Shown: positions 1-8,698 of the stretch, piece after piece
Layout: every line of letters starts with the position of its first letter
How positions within the stretch are numbered: the stretch's first letter is position 1
Source: Euryarchaeota archaeon RBG_19FT_COMBO_56_21
GTDB taxonomy: Archaea; Thermoplasmatota; Thermoplasmata; UBA10834
DNA: 64,000 bases
Direction of reading: 5' to 3'
Assembly: GCA_001800815.1 (NCBI GenBank)
Contig: MGWC01000001.1
Location: forward strand, 54,431 to 118,430
The notes under the pieces: model-generated
The model's input: the letters and a program-made list of their open reading frames with translations, nothing else
What the model was told of the DNA's origin: nothing
Database searches by the model: none
Position numbers and translations under genes: made by a program

Positions 1-654
1 CTCGTGAGGAAAGGCTACCGAGTCGCCTCGGTCAAACACACCTCCGGGGAATGGACCCTGGACCAGAAGGGCAAGGACACATGGAGACACTGGAAGGCAG
101 GGAGCGACCCTGTCGTGTTCTCATCAGCCTCGGAAACGTCGATCATGGTGCACTCGCCTATGGATCTCGATCACATAACCGGACTGCTCATGAGAGAATT
201 TAATCCTGATATTATTATAATTGAAGGGTATAAGAAAGGCCGTTTTCCGAAGGTGGCAGTAGGGGATATCAAATCCCAGGACGGGACGGTTCTCCGGAAC
301 CCGGACCTCAGGACGTTGCTTCGATACGTCGAGCGAGAGGCAGCGATGGAGAAGATCATGCATGTGCTTCCTGGCCTCGACTGTCGGAGATGCGGGCTGG
401 ACTGTGAATCGTTTGCGAGCGCGGTTGTGAGCGGAAAAAAGAAGCTGTCTGATTGCGTCGAGCTCCCCGACTTAGACGTCCACATTACTGTCGGCGGCAA
501 GCGCATCAATACCGGCAGATTCGTTGCTGAGGTCGCTGACAAGACTGTGAGGGGGATGCTTAGCAGCTTCAAGGGCTACGAGCCCGGGAAGGATGTTGGA
601 ATCCGTCTCGGCGCTAAGAAGGCGATTTCGAAAAAGGTCAGAAGAACTAGCTAG
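1..654 (+). CDS. mobB: Molybdopterin-guanine dinucleotide biosynthesis protein B with C-terminal Fe-S domain (5'-partial)
   Basis: VASVKH, GKDTWRH..AG and IIEGYK motifs of MobB; C-terminal PGLDCxxCGxxC..C motif. The frame is open to the window edge and the Walker A lies outside the window. Confidence 0.85.
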   Translation, partial: LVRKGYRVASVKHTSGEWTLDQKGKDTWRHWKAGSDPVVFSSASETSIMVHSPMDLDHITGLLMREFNPDIIIIEGYKKGRFPKVAVGDIKSQDGTVLRNPDLRTLLRYVEREAAMEKIMHVLPGLDCRRCGLDCESFASAVVSGKKKLSDCVELPDLDVHITVGGKRINTGRFVAEVADKTVRGMLSSFKGYEPGKDVGIRLGAKKAISKKVRRTS

Positions 655-801
655 CCCGTTCGTACGCCTTCCAATGCGACTTCGCTATGTTTATCAAGGC
701 CGACGCCATCCTGAGCGCCAGGGGGTCCAGAGATCTCCTTGGCGCGGGGTTACGGCGGAACATATTTCCCACCATGCACACAACACATCAGGTGACATTT
801 C

Positions 802-1959
802 ATGAGAAAGTTGAACGAGATCGAGAAGGACCTTTACGCATGCTTGCAGTGCGGTTATTGCAGAGACACCTGTCCCGTGCACGGGCAGATTGGGTGGGAG
901 TCCGGATCACCTCGAGGGAAGGTGTACTACCTCAAGCAGATCGCCAACAGGACGCCGATGGACAGGCTCTTGAGAAGGACACCTGAGATAACGCCCGAGT
1001 TCGTCGAGAGGGTCTTCCAGTGCACATCGTGTGCGGCGTGTGAGCACAACTGTCATGTCGAGATAGATTTCGCCCATGTTTGGGAAGAGGTCAAGGAGTG
1101 GTTGATCGACCAGGGCTACGGGCCAATGGAGGCTCACAAGAAGATCAGAGAGAAGGTCGTAGCCAAGCGCAACCCGTACGATGAGCCCATGGAAAAGCGC
1201 GCCGCCTGGTTGCCCCCAGAGATCGAGCTCTCACCGAACCCTGAAGTCGTGTTCTTCACCGGTTGTACAGAGGCGTACAGGATGCAGCCACTCGCGGTGG
1301 CAACGGCGAAATTGCTGGACAAAGCCGGTGTCAAGTTCAACGTGCTCGGAGAAGACGAGTGGTGCTGCGGCTCCCCGCTGCTTAGGACCGGCCAGAAGAG
1401 TGTTGTCAGGGACGACATCGCCCCGCACAACGTCAACGCTATGGAGAAGCGTGGATGGAAGACAATGGTCACTGCGTGCGCAGGCTGCTTCAACACGATG
1501 AAGAACGACTATCCGCACCTGACCGGCACCCCGGGCTACAAGCTATACCATGTCTCCGAGTACCTGGAAAAGCTCATCAAAGATGGCAAGCTCAAGTTCA
1601 CAAAGGAGTACAAGAAGAAGATATTCTACCACGACCCCTGCCACCTCGGCAGGCATGCGAAGGTCTACGACGCCCCGAGAAACGTGCTGAAGGCGATCCC
1701 TGGCGTTACCCTGCTTGAGACGAAGGCGGAGAAAGAGGAATCTCAGTGTTGTGGTGCTGGTGGCGGGTTCAAGTCAGCGTTCAATGAGATGGCGGAGAGC
1801 ATTGCCGCGGAGCGCGTGAAGCAAGCAGTGGATGCGGGGGCCGAAGTCATCGCTACCTCGTGCCCATTCTGTCAGGTCAACCTGAACGCGGGCGCGAAGA
1901 AGGCCGGCCTCGGCATCAAGACAATGGATGTCGTCCAGATTGCACTCCAGGCCGTTTGA
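802..1959 (+). CDS. HdrD/GlpC-like Fe-S oxidoreductase (2x[4Fe-4S] plus two CCG domains)
   Basis: CxxCxxCxxxCP and CxxCxxCxxxC motifs; FTGC..WCCG..ACAGC and HDPCH..QCCG..SCPFC CCG domains; SD-like AGGTGA upstream. Confidence 0.85.
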   Translation: MRKLNEIEKDLYACLQCGYCRDTCPVHGQIGWESGSPRGKVYYLKQIANRTPMDRLLRRTPEITPEFVERVFQCTSCAACEHNCHVEIDFAHVWEEVKEWLIDQGYGPMEAHKKIREKVVAKRNPYDEPMEKRAAWLPPEIELSPNPEVVFFTGCTEAYRMQPLAVATAKLLDKAGVKFNVLGEDEWCCGSPLLRTGQKSVVRDDIAPHNVNAMEKRGWKTMVTACAGCFNTMKNDYPHLTGTPGYKLYHVSEYLEKLIKDGKLKFTKEYKKKIFYHDPCHLGRHAKVYDAPRNVLKAIPGVTLLETKAEKEESQCCGAGGGFKSAFNEMAESIAAERVKQAVDAGAEVIATSCPFCQVNLNAGAKKAGLGIKTMDVVQIALQAV

Positions 1960-2003
1960 TATCCAACAGGGAGGGGGAATTCAATCAGTGATTTCAATCC
2001 TGG

Positions 2004-2714
2004 TTATCGCAATCCCATTCTGAGAAATGCGGTCTCAACAATCTCCCAGCATCCATTCGTTTCAGCGATAGCTCGAACCAGCTCCCAGTCTGAGATGACG
2101 TTTGCGATGCCGTGAATGTCGTAGGTGTCTTTCTGTATCTTGCTCCTCAGATAGGCGGAGTCGACAGGACCTATTGCCAGGTGATCAAGGTCCCAGTTGC
2201 GATCAAGAAATGCTTTGACCTTCTGGAGCAGGAGCAGCTCAGGAATGGGGATCCGAACAGTCGCGTCGCCTAGGTCCCACACCACGCTGTGCTCCTTGAG
2301 CAACGCAAAAGGGAGGTTCGCGTCGGCGTTCCCCTTGAATGGAGGACTATCATCAAAACTCGCAGCGTCGATATAGACGAACACAGGCTCGCTCCGTACA
2401 ATCACTCTCTTGCGGTAGCGTCGACTTGCGAAACCGCCGTACTGTTCATACCCGTTCACTTTGTAGTACTGCGTCAAGAACATGTCCAGGATCGCTTCGT
2501 CAGGAAACACAACATCAATGTCCCGACTTCCCAACCCCCCGTGGAGTCTCCAGGCTGCCCAGCCCCCAATGAGATAGAACTCCGGTCCTTTCATCTTCGC
2601 CCAGAACGCAAGACTTCGCAACTCGGTGAAGCTTGGGGAGGTAATCTCCTCACGGTATTGGGAAGCCATAGAATCTGCATCGATGAGGTTACCGGCTCGC
2701 TTTTCGCTACTCAA
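2004..2714 (-). CDS. Pol-beta-superfamily nucleotidyltransferase, AbiEii/MenT-like toxin candidate
   Basis: LIGGWA..GSRDID motif, LLLQKVKA and KDTYDI C-terminal motifs. Start placed at TTG 2714, overlapping the upstream gene's end (uncertain). Confidence 0.65.
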   Translation of the reverse strand: MSSEKRAGNLIDADSMASQYREEITSPSFTELRSLAFWAKMKGPEFYLIGGWAAWRLHGGLGSRDIDVVFPDEAILDMFLTQYYKVNGYEQYGGFASRRYRKRVIVRSEPVFVYIDAASFDDSPPFKGNADANLPFALLKEHSVVWDLGDATVRIPIPELLLLQKVKAFLDRNWDLDHLAIGPVDSAYLRSKIQKDTYDIHGIANVISDWELVRAIAETNGCWEIVETAFLRMGLR

Positions 2715-3339
2715 TCTCAACGCCCCACAGCTCACGGAGAAGATCACGTGCGGCGTAGACCCTGTTGTCGCAAGCAAGGTCAACGATCGTCCTGAACTTG
2801 GAGGTCATGCGGCCTGCAACGACATCTCCTGCAAGCGGAATATCTGGAAGATATAGTTCAAGGGGCACATTGCCGCCGCCGAGCGACCTAAGCTTCTCAA
2901 GTGCGCTCTCGGGGGATGCGTGGTAGGCACAGACGCGCGAGGGACGGTAGAATTGACTGTATTCCGCAAGCGCAGTCTCAAGACACAGAATGCCACCAAC
3001 CTTCAGCACCTCCTCTTTCGTGCTGCTGATATTCCCTCGGAGCTTCACTGATAGCGCTAGCGCGTCCGACATGGTCCTCTGCGTGGGTATTGCTCCGACA
3101 GCCACTCCGACAGCACCGCGGACCACATAGTCCCCCGTATGCAGTCGTTCCGCCGCTCCCCTGGCCATGAGCCAACGAACCACCCTGCTAACCTGGGCTC
3201 GGCTGGCCTCTGCCCGCTCGGCAAGACCACTTTCAGTGAACGGTCGATTGTATGTGAGAGCCTCTCGCAGAATGCGATAGGTTGTCGGACTCACCAACGA
3301 CTTGACATGAGGTGGCGAATTTCGCATGTGAGACAACAT
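2707..3339 (-). CDS. N-terminal wHTH protein, AbiEi-like antitoxin/regulator candidate
   Basis: TESGLAERAEASRAQVSRVVRWL helix-turn-helix; C-terminal TSKFRTIVDL resembles AbiEi C-terminal ends; overlaps the NTase gene. Start placed at ATG 3339, downstream of the TATA box. Confidence 0.6.
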   Translation of the reverse strand: MLSHMRNSPPHVKSLVSPTTYRILREALTYNRPFTESGLAERAEASRAQVSRVVRWLMARGAAERLHTGDYVVRGAVGVAVGAIPTQRTMSDALALSVKLRGNISSTKEEVLKVGGILCLETALAEYSQFYRPSRVCAYHASPESALEKLRSLGGGNVPLELYLPDIPLAGDVVAGRMTSKFRTIVDLACDNRVYAARDLLRELWGVEIE

Positions 3340-3370
3340 TTCATATTCATGAAACATATATATAAGTTTC
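3339..3370 (-). promoter_or_regulatory. BRE/TATA promoter with inverted-repeat operator candidate
   Basis: Minus strand reads GAAACTTATATAT (3370-3358), followed by the inverted repeat TTTCAT-N4-ATGAAA (3339-3354) between the TATA box and the start codon. Confidence 0.5.
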
Positions 3371-3480
3371 CATTATCCAGCATTTCTCAGTTCATATATG
3401 CAGTTGGCAACGACGAACGCATATGGTTCCATAGTACACGGTACTATGGAACCCATTGCGGATAGTAAACCAGACGGTTC

Positions 3481-3996
3481 TCAGATTCCAGTCCAGGGAA
3501 CGCCTTTGTGCGCGCTCATGACTATCTGCGTGTCCGTCTCTTTGATACCATCCATCTTAAGGAATGTGTCGATGAATTCCTGGAGTTCGGTCATTCCGAC
3601 GAAGAGTGCGACGACTAGAAGATCGTACTCGCCCGTGACCCTGTACACGGCGACGACCCTGTTGTGGTTGACTATCTTCTGAACAACCTGGTCGAGCTTG
3701 TCAGTCACGGTCTTGACGTGCACGTATGCCTTCACGGTGTTCTCAATGAGTCTGTAATCTATGTGAATTGAGAAGCGCATGATGATGCCCTTCTCTATCA
3801 GATTCTTGATCCGTCGCCTGACTGTCGCCTCAGTCACGCTGAGCTTCTTGGCAATCTCAGAGTTGCTCATCCTGGCGTTGTCCCTGAGCTCGCACAGAAT
3901 CCTGATGTCGGTCCGGTCGATCGGCAGCATCTTGAGGTCCAGACCCTTCCATCGCTCGTATAGCTCGCAGGGGAGATCGTCAGCTTTGTTCTGCAT
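3481..3996 (-). CDS. Lrp/AsnC family transcriptional regulator
   Basis: DRTDIRIL..NARMSNSEIAKKL.VTEATVRRRIKNL HTH; VYRVTGEYDL RAM domain; GGAGGAG SD. Confidence 0.92.
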   Translation of the reverse strand: MQNKADDLPCELYERWKGLDLKMLPIDRTDIRILCELRDNARMSNSEIAKKLSVTEATVRRRIKNLIEKGIIMRFSIHIDYRLIENTVKAYVHVKTVTDKLDQVVQKIVNHNRVVAVYRVTGEYDLLVVALFVGMTELQEFIDTFLKMDGIKETDTQIVMSAHKGVPWTGI

Positions 3997-4134
3997 CGGA
4001 ACACCGCTCCTCCAATATGCAAGTCATACTTCAAACTAACGGAATCCACACAAAACCTGGGCGAATACGCATCCATTTCGTATGGTTTCTGCCCATCGGC
4101 TGACGATTGATGCCAACGAGACGCCGAAAAGCAA

Positions 4135-4917
4135 TCACGTGCCGTACCGACGCTTCCTCAGCTGATACGCCCTGACAGCCCTCAGGAAATCTATCTTTCT
4201 GAAGCCCGGCCAGTACACATCTGAGAAGTAGAGTTCGGAGTACGCCAGCTGCCAGAGAAGAAAATTCGATATCCGCTCCTCCCCCGAAGTCCTCAGGATG
4301 AGGTCAGGGTCGGGCATGTCTTTTGTGTAGAGGTATCCTGTGAACGTCTTCTCTGTTATGTCCTCCACTGAAAGCTTCCCCTTCTTGACCTCGTCGGCGA
4401 TCCTCCGAATGGCCTGCACGATCTCCTCTCTGCCACCGTACGCGACCGCGAGGTTGAAGAAGTACTGGTCATAGCCCTTGGTCTTCTCCTCTGCCAGCGC
4501 TATCGCCTGCTGGACGTCTTTTGGGAGCAACTCCTTCTGGCCCAGGACGCTGACTCGTATCTTGTGCTTGTGCACTCTGTCGTCCTCGGAAAGCCTTCGG
4601 AAGTTCTCCGTGAACATCCTCATCAGGTCGTCCACTTCCGCCTTCTCCCGGTTGATATTCTCCGTCGAGAAGGCGTACACCGTCAGCATCTTCACGCCGA
4701 TCTCCATGCACCATTCAAGGATCTGCTCCAGTTTCTCTCTGCCCTTCTCGTGCCCCTGAGAGATCACCATCCCGAACTCGCTCGCGTAGCGTCTGTTTCC
4801 GTCCATGATGATGGCCACGTGATGCGGGACTGGCCTCGACATGACCTCCTTTAGCAGCCTCTTCTCGTAGGTCGAATATGCAGTCGAAGAAATCGCTTTC
4901 GACAGATCGGATGCCAT
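4135..4917 (-). CDS. uppS: cis-prenyltransferase (polyprenyl diphosphate synthase)
   Basis: HVAIIMDGNRR, YAFSTEN, YGGREEI and RTSGEERISNFLLWQ motifs; ATG at 4917. Confidence 0.95.
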   Translation of the reverse strand: MASDLSKAISSTAYSTYEKRLLKEVMSRPVPHHVAIIMDGNRRYASEFGMVISQGHEKGREKLEQILEWCMEIGVKMLTVYAFSTENINREKAEVDDLMRMFTENFRRLSEDDRVHKHKIRVSVLGQKELLPKDVQQAIALAEEKTKGYDQYFFNLAVAYGGREEIVQAIRRIADEVKKGKLSVEDITEKTFTGYLYTKDMPDPDLILRTSGEERISNFLLWQLAYSELYFSDVYWPGFRKIDFLRAVRAYQLRKRRYGT

Positions 4918-4961
4918 ATGACAGACCGTCTGGGCTCCCAATATGCCCGTCCCATTTAAAA

Positions 4962-5918
4962 CTATACGTGCTTGAAGTCCTCGGGCAGGCCAGCACTGTA
5001 AAGACCGAGGTCGAAGCACCCGATGGCCGCAAGAGCGCCTATTGTGCCACGGCGGCCGGTTATCTCCAGCAGCTTGGTGTTGTTCTCCTTCGCGGTGTGC
5101 TCGGCGTCGTGGATCGAGAGAATTGTCTCTTTCGCATCAGCTCCGTACCGCACCAATTTCCTGGGAATCTCGAGGCCCTCGAAAACTGCCATCGAGGTCT
5201 GGTCCGAGTAAGTCCCGTTCCTGACGTATTCTTTGGCCCAGTCGACAGCCTTGGAAGCATCTTCCGGCTTCACGGCGAACGCGACTCCCGTCGAGGCGCA
5301 ATTCGTGGTTTTCTGGGGCGCATGAGGATTCAGCTGTACTATCTTGTGTGTGAGGAAGATCCCGTGCGGAGTCTCTCTGCCCATCTTAAGCCCGAGAACC
5401 CAAGTCGCCCCTTTCTCCTTAGTGTCCGTATCATCGATACCTATTATGAGCCTCCTGTGAAGGGGCGTTGTGATCTTGATCTCGACCCTGCGGCTGCCCC
5501 CGACTAGTTGATCGCTCAGGAACTCGACCTTCTCGACTCCTTCCGCCTGCGGCAAGCAAGCGCCCACGCCGACACTCGCGCCCGCGAGCCCTATCCAGGT
5601 AGTCTCGACCTTGCCGTGCTTCACAATCAACGACTTGAGTGCCTGGCCGCCGGTATCCTTTGACGCCGCGCCGAATCTCACTTCGCCTTCGCCCACGCGC
5701 GCGTCCATGATGAGCGTAGTACCCATGACCTCAATGTGTTCAACCACTCCCTTCGCCCGGAGCCTGTTCATCGCATCCCACTCTACAGGGCCCTGGGCGC
5801 AGCATTCCTCGACTATCCTCGCCTTACCGAGCTCCTCGTCCACCATGGTGATGAGGCGCTTCGAGAACAGAGGACCATGCCTCTGCCTGATTTCAGAAGG
5901 CGTGAAGATGACGGCCAT
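4962..5918 (-). CDS. Methanogenesis marker protein 11-like (TiaS N-terminal-like, DUF1743)
   Basis: GPVEWD..NR, GLAGASVG, IGIDDTD..GATW, QLNP..KTTNC and GTIGALAAIG motifs. Confidence 0.7.
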   Translation of the reverse strand: MAVIFTPSEIRQRHGPLFSKRLITMVDEELGKARIVEECCAQGPVEWDAMNRLRAKGVVEHIEVMGTTLIMDARVGEGEVRFGAASKDTGGQALKSLIVKHGKVETTWIGLAGASVGVGACLPQAEGVEKVEFLSDQLVGGSRRVEIKITTPLHRRLIIGIDDTDTKEKGATWVLGLKMGRETPHGIFLTHKIVQLNPHAPQKTTNCASTGVAFAVKPEDASKAVDWAKEYVRNGTYSDQTSMAVFEGLEIPRKLVRYGADAKETILSIHDAEHTAKENNTKLLEITGRRGTIGALAAIGCFDLGLYSAGLPEDFKHV

Positions 5919-5922
5919 GGCT

Positions 5923-6606
5923 TCAAACTTCCATTGACTCCCCGGGTTTCAACAAGATCGTCTTGGTCTTCGGCGACGATTTCCTGACTAGTCTCTCGAA
6001 CTCCTTCGGGTCGACAGCTATCTGAGGCCAAGTGCCATAGTGCATCGGCACTACTTTCTTTGGTCTGACTAGCTTCGTCGCCATCGCAGCCTGTTTTGGA
6101 TCCATGGTGAAGAACCCGCCGATGGGCAGCAGCGCCAAATCCGGCTTGTACATGTCCCCTATGAGCTTCATGTCCCCGAACACGCACGTGTCGCCGGCGT
6201 GATAGACCACCTTGCCCGAGTTGATGATGAGTCCGACGGGCATGGCGGCAGAGAACTCCAACCCAGGCGCACCTATGCTGGATGAGTGGAATGCGGGAAC
6301 CATCGTGATCTCCGTGTTGCGTATCTTGGCGGTCCCACCCAAGTTGAATCCCACACTCCTGACACCCGTGCGCTCGAGGAAGTTCGACATCTCGAGTATG
6401 GCCGCCACAGTGGCATCGTTCCTCCGGGCGATCTCGACAGTGTCCCCGAGATGGTCACCGTGACCGTGCGTCACACATATGATGTCGCAACTAACCTTGT
6501 CCGCTGTGGTCGACGCCTTGGTATTACCCGTGAGATAGGGGTCCACAAGAACCCTGTCGTTGCCCTCTATCAGAAAAGCCGAATGACCGAGCCAAGTAAC
6601 CTTCAT
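5923..6606 (-). CDS. UPF0173 metal-dependent hydrolase (metallo-beta-lactamase fold)
   Basis: WLGHSAF, THGHGDH, HSS, YHAGDT, LPIGG.FTM and PMHYGTW motifs. Confidence 0.9.
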   Translation of the reverse strand: MKVTWLGHSAFLIEGNDRVLVDPYLTGNTKASTTADKVSCDIICVTHGHGDHLGDTVEIARRNDATVAAILEMSNFLERTGVRSVGFNLGGTAKIRNTEITMVPAFHSSSIGAPGLEFSAAMPVGLIINSGKVVYHAGDTCVFGDMKLIGDMYKPDLALLPIGGFFTMDPKQAAMATKLVRPKKVVPMHYGTWPQIAVDPKEFERLVRKSSPKTKTILLKPGESMEV

Positions 6607-6664
6607 GCTCTCTCCGGGCAACACAAACGCATGGAGGATATTTCTGTGTTTGGCTATGGTCTTG

Positions 6665-7519
6665 TCACGGCACGAGCCTGGCCAGGAAACGCGCCGGAAC
6701 ATCCGATAGGTTCAGCGCCTTGAGCCCGTCGGAATCGAATACCATCCACTTGCCCTTGATCCCGACAAGCTCTCCCCTGTGCACTCCCGCGGATGGTTCC
6801 AGCTTGGGGACCTCTCGCAGGGGCAGGTCGATGGGGTAGCCCTTGAGCCATCTGAGTGGATCTGGCTTCAGTTGGAACGCCTCGCCCAGCGTGATCTTGA
6901 GCGCCTCGAGCCTCCCCTCGATACCCTCAGCGTCGAGAGGTCGGGACAGGTTTCGGAGCAAAACCTCCTGTCTGTGAAACTGAGGTATTCTGAGCCTTTC
7001 CGATATCTTCTTCTCCGCCTCCCTAGCTCTCTTCCGAGTTGGATGCTTCCCGATGATCGAATATGCGTCCGCGCCTTGTTCTATCAGCCTTTTGTCGATC
7101 CGTCTTGTCGAGCTCATCCCGATCTTCATGCGCGTGTCGTAGAAGGCGATATACAGCATGTGCTCCCGTTTGCAGAATTCGATGTCGCACAGCTCGCCGT
7201 CGCATCTGGGTTCGAAAACGCATTCCTGGTGGGGAAGGAATGACTCCTCGGAACACTCCTGGCACTGAGCGAACCTTGACACTGGGGCCTGCTTGGCGCA
7301 CGGAACATACCTCCCCTCATCGTCCCACATCCCAATGCAGACCTTCCTCTGGCTGACAGAGAAGTTGATGTCCTCCAGGTCGAACTCGCATTCCTGCGCC
7401 GCGGAGCTGTCAAAGCACAGCAGATGAGGGTCGAACTCGTCCCAGTGGAACTCGAGCGCATGGATTGGGAAATCCTCGTTCCTTGAATCGTTCAGTGGAT
7501 GCTTATGGCTTTCATCCAT
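6665..7519 (-). CDS. DUF2797 family protein
   Basis: Cys-rich N-terminus, H.LYIA, KIG, RLIEQGA and G.L.GIKG motifs. Confidence 0.7.
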   Translation of the reverse strand: MDESHKHPLNDSRNEDFPIHALEFHWDEFDPHLLCFDSSAAQECEFDLEDINFSVSQRKVCIGMWDDEGRYVPCAKQAPVSRFAQCQECSEESFLPHQECVFEPRCDGELCDIEFCKREHMLYIAFYDTRMKIGMSSTRRIDKRLIEQGADAYSIIGKHPTRKRAREAEKKISERLRIPQFHRQEVLLRNLSRPLDAEGIEGRLEALKITLGEAFQLKPDPLRWLKGYPIDLPLREVPKLEPSAGVHRGELVGIKGKWMVFDSDGLKALNLSDVPARFLARLVP

Positions 7520-7581
7520 CAGGTGAGGAATGACTCCGCAGTTGCTATTAAGCATTCGGCCAGAAGGGCGAATGTATTCGC

Positions 7582-8343
7582 CTATTCCTCAGGAGGCAGC
7601 TCCTGCACGGGCTTTGCCTCAGGCGTCTCCTCAGAATCATGCTTCCTAACCGGACGAGGCGGTTCCGGTGGGAACTCCGTGAGATCCACTTCGAGTCGTG
7701 TCAGGTACTTCGGTGGCACGTCGGTCGTGAGATACACTGTCCTGCCTGCCTTCTGAATAACGAGGCCGTCCTCGGACGCGTTCCTGGCATCGACCTCGAG
7801 GATGATGGGCTCGGGCGTCCTGACCCGGCCTGCATTGACGGCGTCGCCTATCCCCCTGCTGAGGTGAACCATCTTCCTGTCCGAAGGCTTGAGCCCTACC
7901 TCCAGGACGATGTCAACCTCCTCCTTAGTGGTGGGATAGTAAAGCCTGTCCGGGGTTCCGCCAGATGGAAGCTCGAGGTCCACATTGAATGAGTGGGCGT
8001 AGGTCGCTCTAATCATCCCGTCTCTGTACTCGTATCGACCTTTGTTGTCGGTCTCGATGATCGCAACTATGTGATGTGGGCGCACCCAATGGTAGCGCCT
8101 CTGCTTTCTCTGGATAGCGTTCACGAAATCCCTGAGACTGACGAATCCGTGACTGTCCATCTGCAGGTCGAACCGCTCCGGGAAATGCCTAAGCACACCG
8201 GCCATAGTCCTGCTCAGGCGGTCGAGCTCTTCGGAGTTCATGAGGAACCTGCCCTCGTCTCCGCACACGGGACAAGACTCGGCTCTGAAATAGCCGTGTT
8301 CTCTACACTCCTTCAAGCCGCCCTCTTGGGAAGCGTTCTCCAT
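7582..8343 (-). CDS. kptA: RNA 2'-phosphotransferase (Tpt1/KptA) with N-terminal Zn ribbon
   Basis: CREHGYFR..CPVC, LRHFP, KGRYE, IRATYAHS and R..VHLS motifs. Start uncertain. Confidence 0.9.
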   Translation of the reverse strand: MENASQEGGLKECREHGYFRAESCPVCGDEGRFLMNSEELDRLSRTMAGVLRHFPERFDLQMDSHGFVSLRDFVNAIQRKQRRYHWVRPHHIVAIIETDNKGRYEYRDGMIRATYAHSFNVDLELPSGGTPDRLYYPTTKEEVDIVLEVGLKPSDRKMVHLSRGIGDAVNAGRVRTPEPIILEVDARNASEDGLVIQKAGRTVYLTTDVPPKYLTRLEVDLTEFPPEPPRPVRKHDSEETPEAKPVQELPPEE

Positions 8344-8419
8344 GGGGTTACCTTGGGCACAGGTTATGACTGAAGCTGATAAAAGCTTTCCCTTGACCCG
8401 ATAGCCTCTGATATCCTGA

Positions 8420-8698
8420 CCCAGGAGCGACAGAGAGCGACTCGGACGAGAACGCGCCTCCCTCACTTCAGAGGGTGTTGTCTCCCTGAGAAGCCGGTCC
8501 AAAGTCCGGGGGAATCGCAAGTCCTGCTACGCCTTCACCCAGGGGGCAAAACCCTTATGTAGGCGACCCGCGTAGCCCACGAAAAGGAGTGCCCAGCCAA
8601 CGCCCGCGAGCGCGCGGGTTACATTGGTTCAACGAAACAGATAAAGGATGCACCAGCATCCTTTCATCCAGGACGCCGAGAGGCCTGGAGGGGGAACG
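8420..8698 (+). promoter_or_regulatory. Structured 5' leader / candidate cis-regulatory RNA upstream of the hdrA-mvhD-fdh operon
   Basis: Nested helices at 8422-8526; perfect hairpin AAAGGATGC-ACCA-GCATCCTTT at 8643-8664; TCCAGG/CCTGGA stem at 8667-8689 overlapping the SD. Confidence 0.45.

Noticed and set aside
8490-8515. RNase P RNA (AAAGTCCGGG resembles the P4 motif)
   Set aside because: The GAGGAAAG context and the 3' P4 partner are missing.
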